Numbered from the stretch's first letter, positions 1 to 10,137 are shown. The stretch: DNA of 34,697 nt from Candidatus Krumholzibacteriia bacterium (GCA_046754105.1 JBHHVD010000028.1:1-34697); one strand, 5' to 3'. Made by a program: numbers and translations. The notes: generated by a model not told the origin, from the sequence alone.

Positions 1-2
1 TC

Positions 3-650
3 TACGTGGGCAACGACGTTATCGAATCCGAGGTCGACTCGTTCCCGCCGCGCCCGCCCAATCCCCGGCGGAGCCTCAGGCTGCCAGACAGCCTGGATCG
101 TGGCGAGCTGGCGGACGCGTTCGTCAAGCCGGTGAACGATTTTCTGCGTACCAGGTCCCAGTCGTACATGTTGTTCAAGACCCGGCTTCGCCAGCGCGTG
201 CGACGGGCCAGGCAGGGCAGGTATTTCCCGGAGATCTACCTGGCGAGCACGGCGGACTCTCCGCGGTGGAAAGTAACGGCGTCCGTGTGCGCGAAGATCC
301 AGTCGGAATTCGAACGGCACGAGACACCGGTGTTCTTCGTCCTCATTCCGGTATTCTACCAGGTCGACGTAGGCTACTTTGACGACTACGTCGCAAGATG
401 CGGATTCGCCCCCGACACGGTGGACGTCGACCAGCCGAACCGGCTGTTGGCCCGGGAATTCGTGGCACGCGGGCTCGAGGTGCTGGACCCCCTGGACCTC
501 ATGCGGCGAAACCGGCGCCAGGGAGTCGATATGTACAGCGGTTGGGACCCCCATTTCACAGAAGAGGGCAACCTGTTCATGGCGGAGTACATCTCGCCTG
601 CGATCATCTCCTACCTTGCCGGCGAGCGGCAGACCACAGGCGCGGAGTAG
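3..650 (+). CDS. SGNH/GDSL hydrolase-like protein (AlgX/AlgJ-like acetyltransferase fold), 5'-truncated by the window edge
   Basis: Frame is open from the window start (YVGND, SGNH block III G-N-D) and has a C-terminal D-P-H-F-T-x-x-G-N block V motif. Confidence 0.7.
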   Translation, partial: YVGNDVIESEVDSFPPRPPNPRRSLRLPDSLDRGELADAFVKPVNDFLRTRSQSYMLFKTRLRQRVRRARQGRYFPEIYLASTADSPRWKVTASVCAKIQSEFERHETPVFFVLIPVFYQVDVGYFDDYVARCGFAPDTVDVDQPNRLLAREFVARGLEVLDPLDLMRRNRRQGVDMYSGWDPHFTEEGNLFMAEYISPAIISYLAGERQTTGAE

Positions 651-668
651 CCCCTCCTGGGCGCGGGC

Positions 669-1253
669 CTAACCGGCCGGCGTCCCTTCGCTGCCTCGCC
701 CGCGTGCGAGAGAGGCGATGAAGTAGGGGCTCCACAGGACGATGACAAACAGGTACATCCCGTACTCGATGTAGAACTGGCGGTAGCGCACGACGACCCC
801 GGCGAGAAACCCGATGCCGGCAGGCGACGTCGTGATTTCCGGATTCGCCATGAGCGCGAATTGAACGTTGGCCGCCACGGTAACGACATGAACGATGAAC
901 AGGATCCCAAGCGATCCGCCAAGGGAGATAAGGTGTCTTCTGAGCGACGGCGTAAACGGCGAGGAAAGAAAAAGCGCGATCAAAAGGACGGTATTGCTCG
1001 TAATATCCTGTGCTGTAAGAGAAAGTCCGAGTCGCCTGCCCTGATAGAGAATCCGAACGAACAGGTCGTCGCCCTCGGCACCCACACCCTTGACCAGGCC
1101 CGACGGGTCGAAGGCGGGCAGCAACACGTCCAACGGCACCGCCAGGCACGCATGATAGAGTTTCGCGAGCCCGGCATACTGCCACAGCGCCATCGTGGCG
1201 AGAAAAGCGGGAAGGATCCTAATTAGCAGCAACTTGATCGGTCTTGGTACCAT
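669..1253 (-). CDS. Exosortase H-associated multi-pass membrane protein
   Basis: 194 aa with about 4 hydrophobic segments; start overlaps the 3' end of the exosortase gene; no catalytic Cys motif seen. Confidence 0.6.
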   Translation of the reverse strand: MVPRPIKLLLIRILPAFLATMALWQYAGLAKLYHACLAVPLDVLLPAFDPSGLVKGVGAEGDDLFVRILYQGRRLGLSLTAQDITSNTVLLIALFLSSPFTPSLRRHLISLGGSLGILFIVHVVTVAANVQFALMANPEITTSPAGIGFLAGVVVRYRQFYIEYGMYLFVIVLWSPYFIASLARGRGSEGTPAG

Positions 1254-1761
1254 AGACGGTAAACAACGATACCCACAGCAGCCAAACGGCTAGGGTGGCC
1301 AGGATAACGAACGCCTGCGCGTAGTAGTAGTGGACGGTCTCGAAGATGTCCGGGTTCTTGAAACCCAAAAAGAAGAGGACGACTATTCGGATGAGGTTGA
1401 TGGCGAATATCGTCGGGTAGCCGATTGCGAGACCGATCGTCTTGTTCTTCCACGTTGCAGGAAAGGCGAGTATGACGGCGAACAGTATTGCCGTCACTTC
1501 GACGCCGTTGCAAACGTTGAGTATCGTCACGCTGAATTCGGGCGACCCTATGAACGTTCCCGAGCCGCCCGCGTCGACGCCGAGCAGGCGCAGAGCCGCG
1601 CGGCTGCTCGCCGCTACGAACTGTGTGTACGGCCCGATGAGATGGCGCTGAACGAACGCCAGGTGAATGACGACGAAGAACCCCATGAGCGACAGCACGG
1701 TAACGGCGACAAAACGAATGATGGGCAGGGTTTCTTTGGATCGCGACACGAGCGGTATCAC
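1219..1761 (-). CDS. xrtH: Exosortase H / exosortase-archaeosortase family membrane transpeptidase
   Basis: Catalytic triad motifs: Cys in NVCNGVE, Arg in INLIRIV, His in FETVHYY; LAFPATWKNK segment; 180-aa membrane protein. Confidence 0.8.
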   Translation of the reverse strand: MIPLVSRSKETLPIIRFVAVTVLSLMGFFVVIHLAFVQRHLIGPYTQFVAASSRAALRLLGVDAGGSGTFIGSPEFSVTILNVCNGVEVTAILFAVILAFPATWKNKTIGLAIGYPTIFAINLIRIVVLFFLGFKNPDIFETVHYYYAQAFVILATLAVWLLWVSLFTVYGTKTDQVAAN

Positions 1762-1816
1762 CTATCGCCGGGGACGCGGCGGGCGCAAGCCGGAGCACAG
1801 AGGACTTTCATGGCGG

Positions 1817-3442
1817 CTACGCGCGTTGTCCCTTGATGATCTCCTCGAAGAAGTCGTTGCCCTTGTCATCGACTACGATGAACGCGGGAAAATCCTTGAC
1901 CGTGATTTCCCAGACGGCTTCCATCCCCAGCTCCTCGTATTCGACCACCTTGACGTTGGTGATATTGTCGTGCGCGATGACGGCGGCCGGGCCGCCGATC
2001 GAGCCCAGGTAGAAGCCGCCGTATTTCTTGCACGCCTCCTTGACGACGGGCGAGCGGTTGCCTTTCGCCAGCATCACCAGTGATCCGCCGAGCTTCTGGA
2101 ACCCCTCTACGTACGCGTCCATTCGACCCGCCGTGGTCGGTCCGAAGCTGCCGGATGCGAGCCCGTCCGGTTTTTTCGCCGGGCCTGCATAGTAGACGGG
2201 GTGGTCCTTGAAATACTGCGGCAGGCCCTCGCCGCGCTCGACGCGCTCGCGGAGCTTTGCGTGCGCGATATCGCGGGCGACGATGAGCTTGCCGTTCAGG
2301 AGAAGCCGCGTCTTTATCGGGTACTTGCCCAGATCGGCGCAGACCTCCTTCATCGGCCGGTTCAAGTCGATCGTCACCGCTTCTCCCGGCTCCACCTTGC
2401 CGGGCCCGGGCAGGAAACGGGTGGGGTCGGTGTCCAGCTGCTCGAGGAACACGCCCTCCGAGGTGATCTTGCCGAGGATGTTGCGATCGGCGCTGCAGCT
2501 CACGCCCAACCCCACGGGCAGCGAGGCCCCGTGCCGAGGCAGCCGGATCACACGCACGTCGTGCGCGAAGTACTTGCCGCCGAATTGGGCTCCGATTCCG
2601 GTTTCCTGGGCCAGCTTGAACACCACGTCCTCCATCGCCCGGTCGCGAAACGCCGCGCCGTACCGCCCGCCCTCGGCCGGCAGCCGGTCGAGGTAGCCGG
2701 TCGAGGCGAGTTTCAACATCTTCATCGTGTTCTCCGCGGACGTACCGCCGATAACGAGCGCCAGGTGATACGGCGGACAGGCGGCCGTACCGAGCGTGAG
2801 CAGTTTCTCGCGCACGAAATCCGGCAGGCGCGCCGGGTCGAGTATCGCCTTGGTTTCCTGGTAGAAGAACATCTTGTTTGCCGACCCCCCGCCCTTGGCC
2901 ATGAACAAGAATGCGTACTCGTCCCCCGCCACCGCCTGTATGTCGATCTGCGCGGGCAGGTTCGTTCCCGTATTGACCTCCTCGTACATCGTCACCGGTG
3001 ACATCTGCGAGTAGCGCAGGTTCTCCTCCGCATAGGTCCGAAAAACGCCGAGACTCAGGGCCTCCTCGTCGTCGAAGTCCGTCCATACGCGCTGTCCCTT
3101 CTTGCCGAAAACAATGGCCGTTCCGGTGTCCTGGCAGCTCGGCAGTACGCGTTCCGAAGAAATCACCGCGTTCTTGAGAAGCGTGAGCGCTACGTAGCGG
3201 TCGTTCGGCGAGGCTTCGGGATCGTCGAGGATCCGCGCCAGTGATTGCAGATGCTGCGTGCGGTAATAGTAGTTGATATCGCTCATTGCCGCCCGGGCAA
3301 GCTCGACGAGCGCGGCGCGCTCCACTTTGAGGACGGTCTGTCCTTCGAACGCCGCCGTCGAAACGTTCTCGCCCGTCAGCTGCCGGTACTCCGTCTTGTC
3401 GTTCCCCGTGGCGTAGAGGGGCTCGTAAAAAAAATCCTTCAT
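1817..3442 (-). CDS. fumA: Fumarate hydratase class I (Fe-S, fused alpha/beta)
   Basis: [46 protein letters not shown] motifs. Start moved to ATG 3442 (alternative 3451) for a typical ~540-aa length. Confidence 0.95.
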   Translation of the reverse strand: MKDFFYEPLYATGNDKTEYRQLTGENVSTAAFEGQTVLKVERAALVELARAAMSDINYYYRTQHLQSLARILDDPEASPNDRYVALTLLKNAVISSERVLPSCQDTGTAIVFGKKGQRVWTDFDDEEALSLGVFRTYAEENLRYSQMSPVTMYEEVNTGTNLPAQIDIQAVAGDEYAFLFMAKGGGSANKMFFYQETKAILDPARLPDFVREKLLTLGTAACPPYHLALVIGGTSAENTMKMLKLASTGYLDRLPAEGGRYGAAFRDRAMEDVVFKLAQETGIGAQFGGKYFAHDVRVIRLPRHGASLPVGLGVSCSADRNILGKITSEGVFLEQLDTDPTRFLPGPGKVEPGEAVTIDLNRPMKEVCADLGKYPIKTRLLLNGKLIVARDIAHAKLRERVERGEGLPQYFKDHPVYYAGPAKKPDGLASGSFGPTTAGRMDAYVEGFQKLGGSLVMLAKGNRSPVVKEACKKYGGFYLGSIGGPAAVIAHDNITNVKVVEYEELGMEAVWEITVKDFPAFIVVDDKGNDFFEEIIKGQRA

Positions 3443-3491
3443 GGCCTTCATCCCCCGTCGTGGTAAAACCGATTCCGATCGTCCTTTGTTG

Positions 3492-3520
3492 AGTATATCC
3501 AACGGCGGCGGCGCGCGGAA
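3492..3520 (-). promoter_or_regulatory. Putative sigma70 promoter of fumA
   Basis: TTCCGC-N17-TATACT on the minus strand; good -10, weak -35. Confidence 0.4.
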
Positions 3521-3658
3521 GGACGAAAACCGCTTGTAACGGCCTTTCAATACGTTTCTTGCGTGGTCGCGGGCGCAAAGCGCCGCCGCTCTTGCACCGG
3601 AGTACCGATTCGTGTTTGAATGAAAGCTCAGCCGACAGAAATGTGAAAGGAGTTCCCC

Positions 3659-5713
3659 ATGCGCTCATTCTCCCGCCGGGCGATCCTCGTGGCGGCCTTG
3701 CCTGCGCTTCTCGCCGCCGCCGGTGCATCGCGCACCGCCGCGAAAGCACTTTCCTTCGATGATTTCATCTCGCTCGGGCGCGTGTCCGACCCGCAGATAT
3801 CTCCGAACGGCCAGCACGTGGCGTTCGTCGTCAACCACCAGAGCATGAAGGAAAACGGCGGCAACACAGACATCTACCTGGTGCCGATGAGAGGCGGCGC
3901 CACCCGCCGGTTGACGCGAAGTCCCAAGTCGGATTCCCATCCGCGCTTTTCTCCCGACGGCAAGTGGATTGCGTTTCACTCCTCCCGCAGCGGTAAGTCG
4001 CAGGTATGGATCCTGCCCACCGCCGGTGGCGAGGCCCGCCAGGTCACCGACCTGTCGACGGGCGCCTCGGGACCCGAGTGGACGCCCGACGGCCGGCACC
4101 TCATCTTCACATCGGACGTTTACCCCGACTGCCCCGACGACGATTGCAACGAGAAGCGGGACGAGGAACGGGAGTCGAGCAAGATCAAGGCACGGATATT
4201 CGACCGACTTTTCTACCGCCACTGGAACCAATGGCGCGGCGACAAGCGGAGTCATGTCTTTCGGATATCGGTCGACGGTGAGGGTGTCAAGGATCTCACC
4301 CCCGGCAACGTCGATTATCCGACCTTTGCCCTGGGGAGCGGCCACGATATCGCGATCTCACCGGACGGCACCGAGCTTTGCGTGACCGCAAATCCCGGAA
4401 AGAATCTGGAGCGCAACATCAATAACGATCTCTTCGTGATCAGCATGACTGACGGCTCAAAACGCAAGATCACCGAGAACGAAGCCAACGACAATCACCC
4501 CGTCTACTCACCGGACGGCCGTTACATCGCGTACCGGGCCATGAAGCGGCCCGGCTTCGAGGCGGACCGGCATCGCCTGCTGCTCCACAACCGCGCCTCG
4601 GGAGAGATCATCGACGCGGGCGCGGATCTCGCCGACCGCCTGGACCGTTCGGTGCGGAGCATCACCTGGGCACCGGACAGCAGGAACATCTACGTCACGT
4701 GCAGCGACGGCGGTTACGTCTCGCTCTACCGGGTCGACGTTCGCTCCGGCAAGACCAAACAGCTGACCCACAAGACCTACGTCTCATCTCCGCGGGCCGG
4801 TCAGAAAGGCCGGACGCTGGTCTTTCTCAAGCAGAGTTCGAAGTCGCCGTACGAGGTGTACCGTGCCGACCGCAACGCGAGCAAACTCGACCGGCTCTCC
4901 CACGTCAACGACGAGATCCTGGCGCCGATCGAAATGAACCCTTTGGAGGAGTTTACATTCACCGGCGCGGAGAACACCCCCGTGCAGGGGTTTATTCTGA
5001 AGCCGCCCGGGTTCGACGCCGCGAGCAAGTACCCGCTGGTGTTCCTGATCCACGGGGGCCCCCAGGGCGCGTGGAGCGACGGCGTCAGCTGGCGCTGGAG
5101 CTTTCAGATGTTCGCCGCTCCGGGATACGTGGTGGTGGCGATCAACCCGCGCGGCAGTACGGGTTTCGGTCAGAAGTTCACCGACGAGATATCCCGCGAC
5201 TGGGGAAACAAGGTCTACGTCGATCTCATGAACGGGCTGGATCACGTGCTGAACAACTACTCGTTCATAGACAAGAGCCGCGTAGCCGCCGCCGGCGCGT
5301 CCTACGGGGGCTACATGATCAGCTGGATCGCCGGTCACACGGACCGTTTCAAGTGCCTGGTCAACCACGACGGCGTCTACAACTTCACGAGCTTCTACGG
5401 GACCACGGAAGAGTTGTGGTTTCCCGAGTGGGACCTGGGCGGCGTGCCGTGGGACAACCGGGAGAACTACAGCAAGTACTCGCCTCATATGTACGCTCAG
5501 AACTTCAAGACTCCGATGCTGGTGGTGCACGGCGGCAAGGATTACCGGGTCGATCTCTCGGAAGGGCTTCAGCTTTTTACCACGCTGCAACGCAAGGGAG
5601 TCCCGTCTAAGCTGCTCTACTTCCCCGACGAGGGCCACTGGGTATTGAAGCCGCTGAACGCCGAGCTCTGGTGGCGGACCGTGCACGAGTGGCTGGCGGA
5701 GTGGCTGAAATAG
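3659..5713 (+). CDS. S9 family prolyl oligopeptidase / dipeptidyl peptidase 5-like, exported
   Basis: PD40-type propeller repeats (SPDG), IHGGPQ, nucleophile [14 protein letters not shown] and DEGH; RBS AAAGGAG; signal peptide with SRRAIL (possible Tat). Confidence 0.92.
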   Translation: MRSFSRRAILVAALPALLAAAGASRTAAKALSFDDFISLGRVSDPQISPNGQHVAFVVNHQSMKENGGNTDIYLVPMRGGATRRLTRSPKSDSHPRFSPDGKWIAFHSSRSGKSQVWILPTAGGEARQVTDLSTGASGPEWTPDGRHLIFTSDVYPDCPDDDCNEKRDEERESSKIKARIFDRLFYRHWNQWRGDKRSHVFRISVDGEGVKDLTPGNVDYPTFALGSGHDIAISPDGTELCVTANPGKNLERNINNDLFVISMTDGSKRKITENEANDNHPVYSPDGRYIAYRAMKRPGFEADRHRLLLHNRASGEIIDAGADLADRLDRSVRSITWAPDSRNIYVTCSDGGYVSLYRVDVRSGKTKQLTHKTYVSSPRAGQKGRTLVFLKQSSKSPYEVYRADRNASKLDRLSHVNDEILAPIEMNPLEEFTFTGAENTPVQGFILKPPGFDAASKYPLVFLIHGGPQGAWSDGVSWRWSFQMFAAPGYVVVAINPRGSTGFGQKFTDEISRDWGNKVYVDLMNGLDHVLNNYSFIDKSRVAAAGASYGGYMISWIAGHTDRFKCLVNHDGVYNFTSFYGTTEELWFPEWDLGGVPWDNRENYSKYSPHMYAQNFKTPMLVVHGGKDYRVDLSEGLQLFTTLQRKGVPSKLLYFPDEGHWVLKPLNAELWWRTVHEWLAEWLK

Positions 5714-5832
5714 CGTGGTAGCCGGCCAAAGCGCCGGGCGCTGCTGCGGGAACCGCCACCCGCGCACAGATGTATAATGAGGTGAGCCCGTCGTCTCGGG
5801 TCCGCCGCACACTTCCCCTCGTGGAGGACGTC

Positions 5833-6483
5833 ATGAATGCCAGATTTTTCCTGCCGGTTCTTGTCTCGATAGCGATCGTGGGCACCGCGTTCACGGGAAC
5901 CGTTATGGCCAGCGTACAGCCCACGTCGTTGCAGGATAAGGAAAAACCGCCCGCGCCACGGGGCGTCAGCCCGCACCCGGGTGTCAAACCTCCCGAAATG
6001 GACGAGAACTGGTACTGCCGGCAGTGCAAGAGTTTCTATCCGTTTCCGAAACGCCACTACAAAGACGGGAATCACCGCCCCATGCTCGCGCCACAAGGGC
6101 GCCGGGGCAACGGAGCGGCGGGAAAACGGGGCGATGCCCGGAATGGCATTGCGGCGGACCGCCTGCTCCGTCATGCCGCGATGCTCGAGCTCACCGAGGA
6201 CCAGGTTGCGCGCCTCAGCGAGCTTGCCTATGAAACGAAAAGGGACTTGATCGACCTGCGGGCCGGGCTGCAGAAGGCGCGGTTGGAACTGCAGCGTCTC
6301 ATGCGATCCGGCACCGAGGATATGACCCGTATCCGCCGGCAGCTCAACCAGGTGGCGAAGAAACGCGTCGATCTGGAGGAGGCACGAATTGCCCATTGGA
6401 TCGATTCGAGGAAGGTCTTGAACGACGCGCAGCGGAAGCGGATCCAGGGCGAACACCCGCGGCTGGACCGCTGGCGGGACTGA
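5833..6483 (+). CDS. Spy/CpxP/ZraP-like periplasmic protein
   Basis: RBS GGAGG before ATG 5833; signal peptide; LTxxQ-type motifs LELTEDQ and VLNDAQR flank a helical core. Confidence 0.75.
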   Translation: MNARFFLPVLVSIAIVGTAFTGTVMASVQPTSLQDKEKPPAPRGVSPHPGVKPPEMDENWYCRQCKSFYPFPKRHYKDGNHRPMLAPQGRRGNGAAGKRGDARNGIAADRLLRHAAMLELTEDQVARLSELAYETKRDLIDLRAGLQKARLELQRLMRSGTEDMTRIRRQLNQVAKKRVDLEEARIAHWIDSRKVLNDAQRKRIQGEHPRLDRWRD

Positions 6484-6530
6484 TATCACACCCGCGGCCG
6501 GGAAAAAATGCACCCCCCCGGAGATAGCCC

Positions 6531-6559
6531 TTGACAAGAACCGGGGGCTGCGCTAGGTT
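6531..6559 (+). promoter_or_regulatory. sigma70 promoter upstream of the cold-shock gene
   Basis: TTGACA (6531-6536)-N17-TAGGTT (6554-6559). Confidence 0.7.
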
Positions 6560-6616
6560 AACCCTAAGTAAGGGGGTACGCCACGGTGGCGTGCAGCACG
6601 TCCAGAGAACATATAC

Positions 6617-6648
6617 GGGACCTGGCAAATCGCTGGGCCTTTTTTTTT
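6617..6648 (+). terminator. Intrinsic terminator-like hairpin inside the csp leader
   Basis: GGGACCTGGC-AAATC-GCTGGGCC imperfect stem followed by T9 (6640-6648). Confidence 0.55.
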
Positions 6649-6806
6649 GACACTCTGATCTCCCCTGGAGCAGGCGCGGAGCGCCGCGCGGACCGCTGGG
6701 ACATCCCGCGGGCTCGATGAGCGCAATGCCCTGCCGAGTAGAGTAGTCCGTAGGAACGGTAATGCCGGACTCCGAGACTACGTAAACGTTCACAAAGGAG
6801 TACGGC

Positions 6807-7019
6807 ATGCGTACGACAGGAACAGTGAAGTGGTTTGACGACACCAAGGGTTTCGGGTTTATCACCCCGTCGGATGGGACGAAGGATTGCTTTGTCCATC
6901 ACTCGGCGATCGCTGGTGAAGGCTTCAAATCGCTGAACGACGGCGACAAGGTTGAGTTCGATATCGTAAAGGGCGACAAAGGCCCGGCGGCGGAAAACGT
7001 CACCAAGGTAACCGACTAA
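6807..7019 (+). CDS. cspA: Cold-shock protein (CSD)
   Basis: GTVKWF, RNP1 KGFGFI, RNP2 [25 protein letters not shown]. Confidence 0.97.
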   Translation: MRTTGTVKWFDDTKGFGFITPSDGTKDCFVHHSAIAGEGFKSLNDGDKVEFDIVKGDKGPAAENVTKVTD

Positions 7020-7032
7020 GCCAGATGCACGG

Positions 7033-7065
7033 GATGGCGGCCCGATCCGGGCCGCCATCTTTTTT
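7033..7065 (+). terminator. Rho-independent terminator of cspA
   Basis: Perfect 12-bp stem GATGGCGGCCCG/CGGGCCGCCATC, 3-nt loop, T6. Confidence 0.92.
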
Positions 7066-7188
7066 CCCCCAATCACTACCCCGACTCCGGTTTTACAAGG
7101 ACACGGCAGATCTTCAACCGCTGGAAAAGGAGCAGGACGAGCCACCGTTATCGACGCCGGTCGCAGGCAACAAGCAAGGAGGTGGCGT

Positions 7189-8448
7189 TTGCTCCGCGTT
7201 CTTACGCTCGGCCCCGGGACGACCGCGGTCGCTGTGGCTCTCTTGTTGTTTCTCAGCGCTGGTTGCGACGACAGTCCCGCCGTTTCAAACGAGGGTATCT
7301 GCTGCAGTCCGGGCGCCGGCCCTGCGTTCCTGGCCTCGAAGGTCGATGACGATGACGGCGACGGCAATCCCCGCGACGAGAATCATCCCATCATCGACGA
7401 CGAGGACGACGACATCGCTGACCACGCCTGGTTCAGGGATGACCGCGGCACCTTCCATCTCTTCTTTCAGAACGAAGGATTCGACGGCGGCAGCGACATC
7501 GAGCACTACGTGACGACCGACCTGCGAAACCTGCAATACGTCGGCCTGGCCCTTCGCAAGAACCCCGGCGGTTGGGATGCCGACGGGGTGTGGGCGCCCC
7601 ACGTGATCCAGTTGGGAAACACCTATTTCATGTTCTATACGGGAGTTGCGGGCACCGGCCCGGGCGCCAAGCAGCGGACCGGTGTGGCGACATCGACCGA
7701 CCTGACGACGTGGAAACGATTCCCGGCCAACAACTGTCCCGGGACTTCGGGCGACGGCTGTATATACGAATGTGACGAAAGCTGGACTACCTGGGGCGAC
7801 TCGCCCGGTTCGCACAACCAGCAGTGCCGGGACCCGTTCGTCGTCCGGGATCGGGCCAATCACCGGTGGGTCCTGTTCGCCACGGCGAAGAGTGTCAGCG
7901 GATCCGGCGTCGTGACCGTCGCCTACTCGACGGATCTCACCAACTGGACCGGCGCTGGATACATCAACGCCACCCGACGACTGGCGGGAGGCACGGGCGC
8001 GCAGGCGACCGGCGGCCAGGCGGAGAACCCGCACGTTACTACTCACGATGGGACGAATTACCTGCTGTTTACCGACTGGCAGGATCCGGAGGACAGCTTT
8101 ACGGTGCAGGATCCCCGGACCATCACCCAGTACGTGACCTCACCGACGCTTGTCGCGGATACCCTGGGCAGCTCCAATTGGACGTACCGCGGATCCACTC
8201 CCGATCCGGGAGTGAATGCGATCGAAGTCCAACTCATCGGCGGAGACACATGGGTCATGTCCCAAAGCATCTCCAACGTCAATTCGGGCGACCACCCGGA
8301 GCATCGCCGGGAGCTGCGTTTGAAATGCGTCCTGTGGGGACCCAACTTCGAGTTCGAGACGTCCAACCTGACGACTCCCATCGGCACCACGCCGCACGCG
8401 AAGAGCCCCCTGGCGCCGCAGCACCGCGGCCCGTTGGATGGCGACTAG
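7189..8448 (+). CDS. Five-bladed beta-propeller glycoside hydrolase (GH32/GH43-like) lipoprotein
   Basis: AGGAGG then TTG start; lipobox LSAGC; ADHAW, WAPHV, RDPFV and AENP motifs; two STDLxxW boxes. Confidence 0.75.
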   Translation: MLRVLTLGPGTTAVAVALLLFLSAGCDDSPAVSNEGICCSPGAGPAFLASKVDDDDGDGNPRDENHPIIDDEDDDIADHAWFRDDRGTFHLFFQNEGFDGGSDIEHYVTTDLRNLQYVGLALRKNPGGWDADGVWAPHVIQLGNTYFMFYTGVAGTGPGAKQRTGVATSTDLTTWKRFPANNCPGTSGDGCIYECDESWTTWGDSPGSHNQQCRDPFVVRDRANHRWVLFATAKSVSGSGVVTVAYSTDLTNWTGAGYINATRRLAGGTGAQATGGQAENPHVTTHDGTNYLLFTDWQDPEDSFTVQDPRTITQYVTSPTLVADTLGSSNWTYRGSTPDPGVNAIEVQLIGGDTWVMSQSISNVNSGDHPEHRRELRLKCVLWGPNFEFETSNLTTPIGTTPHAKSPLAPQHRGPLDGD

Positions 8449-8473
8449 CCGCCCGCCGTTACGGGGAGCGGGC

Positions 8474-9670
8474 TCACGCCTGCTGCCGGTACTGCTTCCA
8501 CCGGTCTTCCAGTGAGCTATCCTTCATCGTTTCCATCAGGTAGCCCACGTAGTCGCCTGCACTCGCGCCGGTCTTGCGCCCGGTCATCACCAGCTTCTTC
8601 TCGTAGCTCCCGCAAACGTCCAGCGCCATTTCCAGGCGAGCGGCGCTCTCTTCCCTGCCGATGTGGCGCAGCAACATTGCCCCCGCACGGATCATACTGG
8701 ATGGATCGGCGTACTGCTCTCTAGCCTCGGTGACCATGCGGGGCGCCGAGCCGTGGATCGCTTCGAACATGGAATAGCGCTTACCGATGTTGGCGCTGCC
8801 CGCCGTACCGACGCCACCCTGGAACTCTGCCGCCTCGTCGGTCAGGATGTCGCCGTAGAGGTTCGGCAGCACCATGACCTTGAAATCGGCGCGGCGCTTG
8901 GTATCCACGAGTTTGGCGGTCATGATATCGATGTACCAGTCGTCGAACTCGATCTCCGGGTATTCCCCGGCGATGTCCTGCGCGATGCTCAGGAACTTTC
9001 CGTCGGTCGTCTTGATCACGTTGGCCTTGGTTATCGCAGTCACCCGTTTGATACCGTTTTTCCTGGCGTACTCGAAGGCGAGCCGCACGATCCGCTGCGT
9101 GCCCTGGGTCGTGGTGACGGTAAAGTCGACGGCCAGATCATCGTTCACGTTGGTGCCGGAGCTTCCCAGGACGTAGGCGCCTTCGGTGTTCTCGCGGAAA
9201 AACACCCAATCGATACCCTCCTTGGGCACCTTCACCGGCCGGACGTTGGCAAAAAGATCCAGGTAACGGCGCAGCGACACGTTGCACGACTCGATGTTCG
9301 GCCACGGGTCGCCCTTTCGTGGCGTGGTCGTCGGGCCTTTGAGCAGAATGTGTTGTGTCTTTATCTCCGCGAGCACGTCGTCCGGCACCGACTGGTTCTT
9401 GGCGGCGCGGTTTTCAATGGTGAGCCCGTCGATTACCTTGAAGACGACTTTGCCTCCCTCGAGCTCTTTTTCCAGCAGGAACTCCAGGACCCGCGCCGCG
9501 TGCTCGGCGATGTACGGCCCGATACCGTCTCCTCCCAGGATCCCGATCTTTATCGCGTCCACCTTGTCGAAATCGATCCACTCGTCCTGCTTCTTCATGC
9601 GCTCGATGCGGTCGAGCTGGTCACGGACAATTCCGGCAAAGTGATCTTTGGCTTCTTCGATTGCACCCAC
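8474..9670 (-). CDS. icd: Isocitrate/isopropylmalate dehydrogenase family protein, probably isocitrate dehydrogenase
   Basis: GDGIGP, LKGPTTTP, SCNVSLRR..NVRP (IDH-type S-x-N-V), RENTEG, NLYGDILTD, FEAIHGSAP; RBS GGGAGG before GTG. Confidence 0.8.
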   Translation of the reverse strand: MGAIEEAKDHFAGIVRDQLDRIERMKKQDEWIDFDKVDAIKIGILGGDGIGPYIAEHAARVLEFLLEKELEGGKVVFKVIDGLTIENRAAKNQSVPDDVLAEIKTQHILLKGPTTTPRKGDPWPNIESCNVSLRRYLDLFANVRPVKVPKEGIDWVFFRENTEGAYVLGSSGTNVNDDLAVDFTVTTTQGTQRIVRLAFEYARKNGIKRVTAITKANVIKTTDGKFLSIAQDIAGEYPEIEFDDWYIDIMTAKLVDTKRRADFKVMVLPNLYGDILTDEAAEFQGGVGTAGSANIGKRYSMFEAIHGSAPRMVTEAREQYADPSSMIRAGAMLLRHIGREESAARLEMALDVCGSYEKKLVMTGRKTGASAGDYVGYLMETMKDSSLEDRWKQYRQQA

Positions 9671-9750
9671 GGTCGCCTCCCTGAGAAATGCAGATAACTG
9701 CCATCTTTGTATGAGGTTATAAACAAGTGGAAATGCTTGCTAAGCGCCTG

Positions 9751-9779
9751 AGTCTATCGTATAGAGCGCCGCTCCGCAA
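9751..9779 (-). promoter_or_regulatory. sigma70 promoter of the icd-like gene
   Basis: TTGCGG-N17-TAGACT on the minus strand. Confidence 0.55.
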
Positions 9780-9880
9780 TGAAATTAGTCCCCCGCCGCC
9801 CGCCCCGGGAGCGCGGGGCGGTGGTGTGTCACACAGGTTCCGGTACCGCGCTCCACTTCGCCCGGCTAGCCGCGGGCGCA

Positions 9881-10090
9881 GCAGGCGGACTCGGGAGGTT
9901 GTCTCCGTCCTGTCGCCCGCTTCGCTCGGCTACCCGCGGCCCGACGGGGGTGGCAGCGAACGGGCGCCCGCCCGCGCGGAGCGATAGTGAGCACGGGTGG
10001 GCTGTTCGCTGACAGGACCCGCATCGGGCCGCGCGTGATCCTCGCTCGCTCCTGCGAACATTCCCTCGACAACCTCCCGAGCCCGCCTGC
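9881..10090. repeat. ~210-bp nested palindromic element (MITE/REP-like or structured ncRNA)
   Basis: 23-bp terminal inverted repeats with 1 mismatch (9881-9903 / 10068-10090); inner stems 9935-9944/10024-10033, 9954-9961/10004-10011 and 9966-9974/9994-10002. Confidence 0.65.
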
Positions 10091-10137
10091 CCGCCTGCCC
10101 GCCTGCCTGCGGGCGGAGCGGACACTCGGTTTGGGGG

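Noticed and set aside
6586..6657. 23-codon uORF in the csp leader, and a second TTGACA at 6647-6652
   Set aside because: The GTG start is buried in a hairpin with no control-codon pattern; the second -35 has no -10 at proper spacing.
9881..10090. Calling the palindrome 6S RNA, SRP RNA or a CsrB-like RNA
   Set aside because: The rod-with-bubble shape and a few GGA motifs are suggestive, but I see no diagnostic conserved sequence, convincing promoter or terminator.
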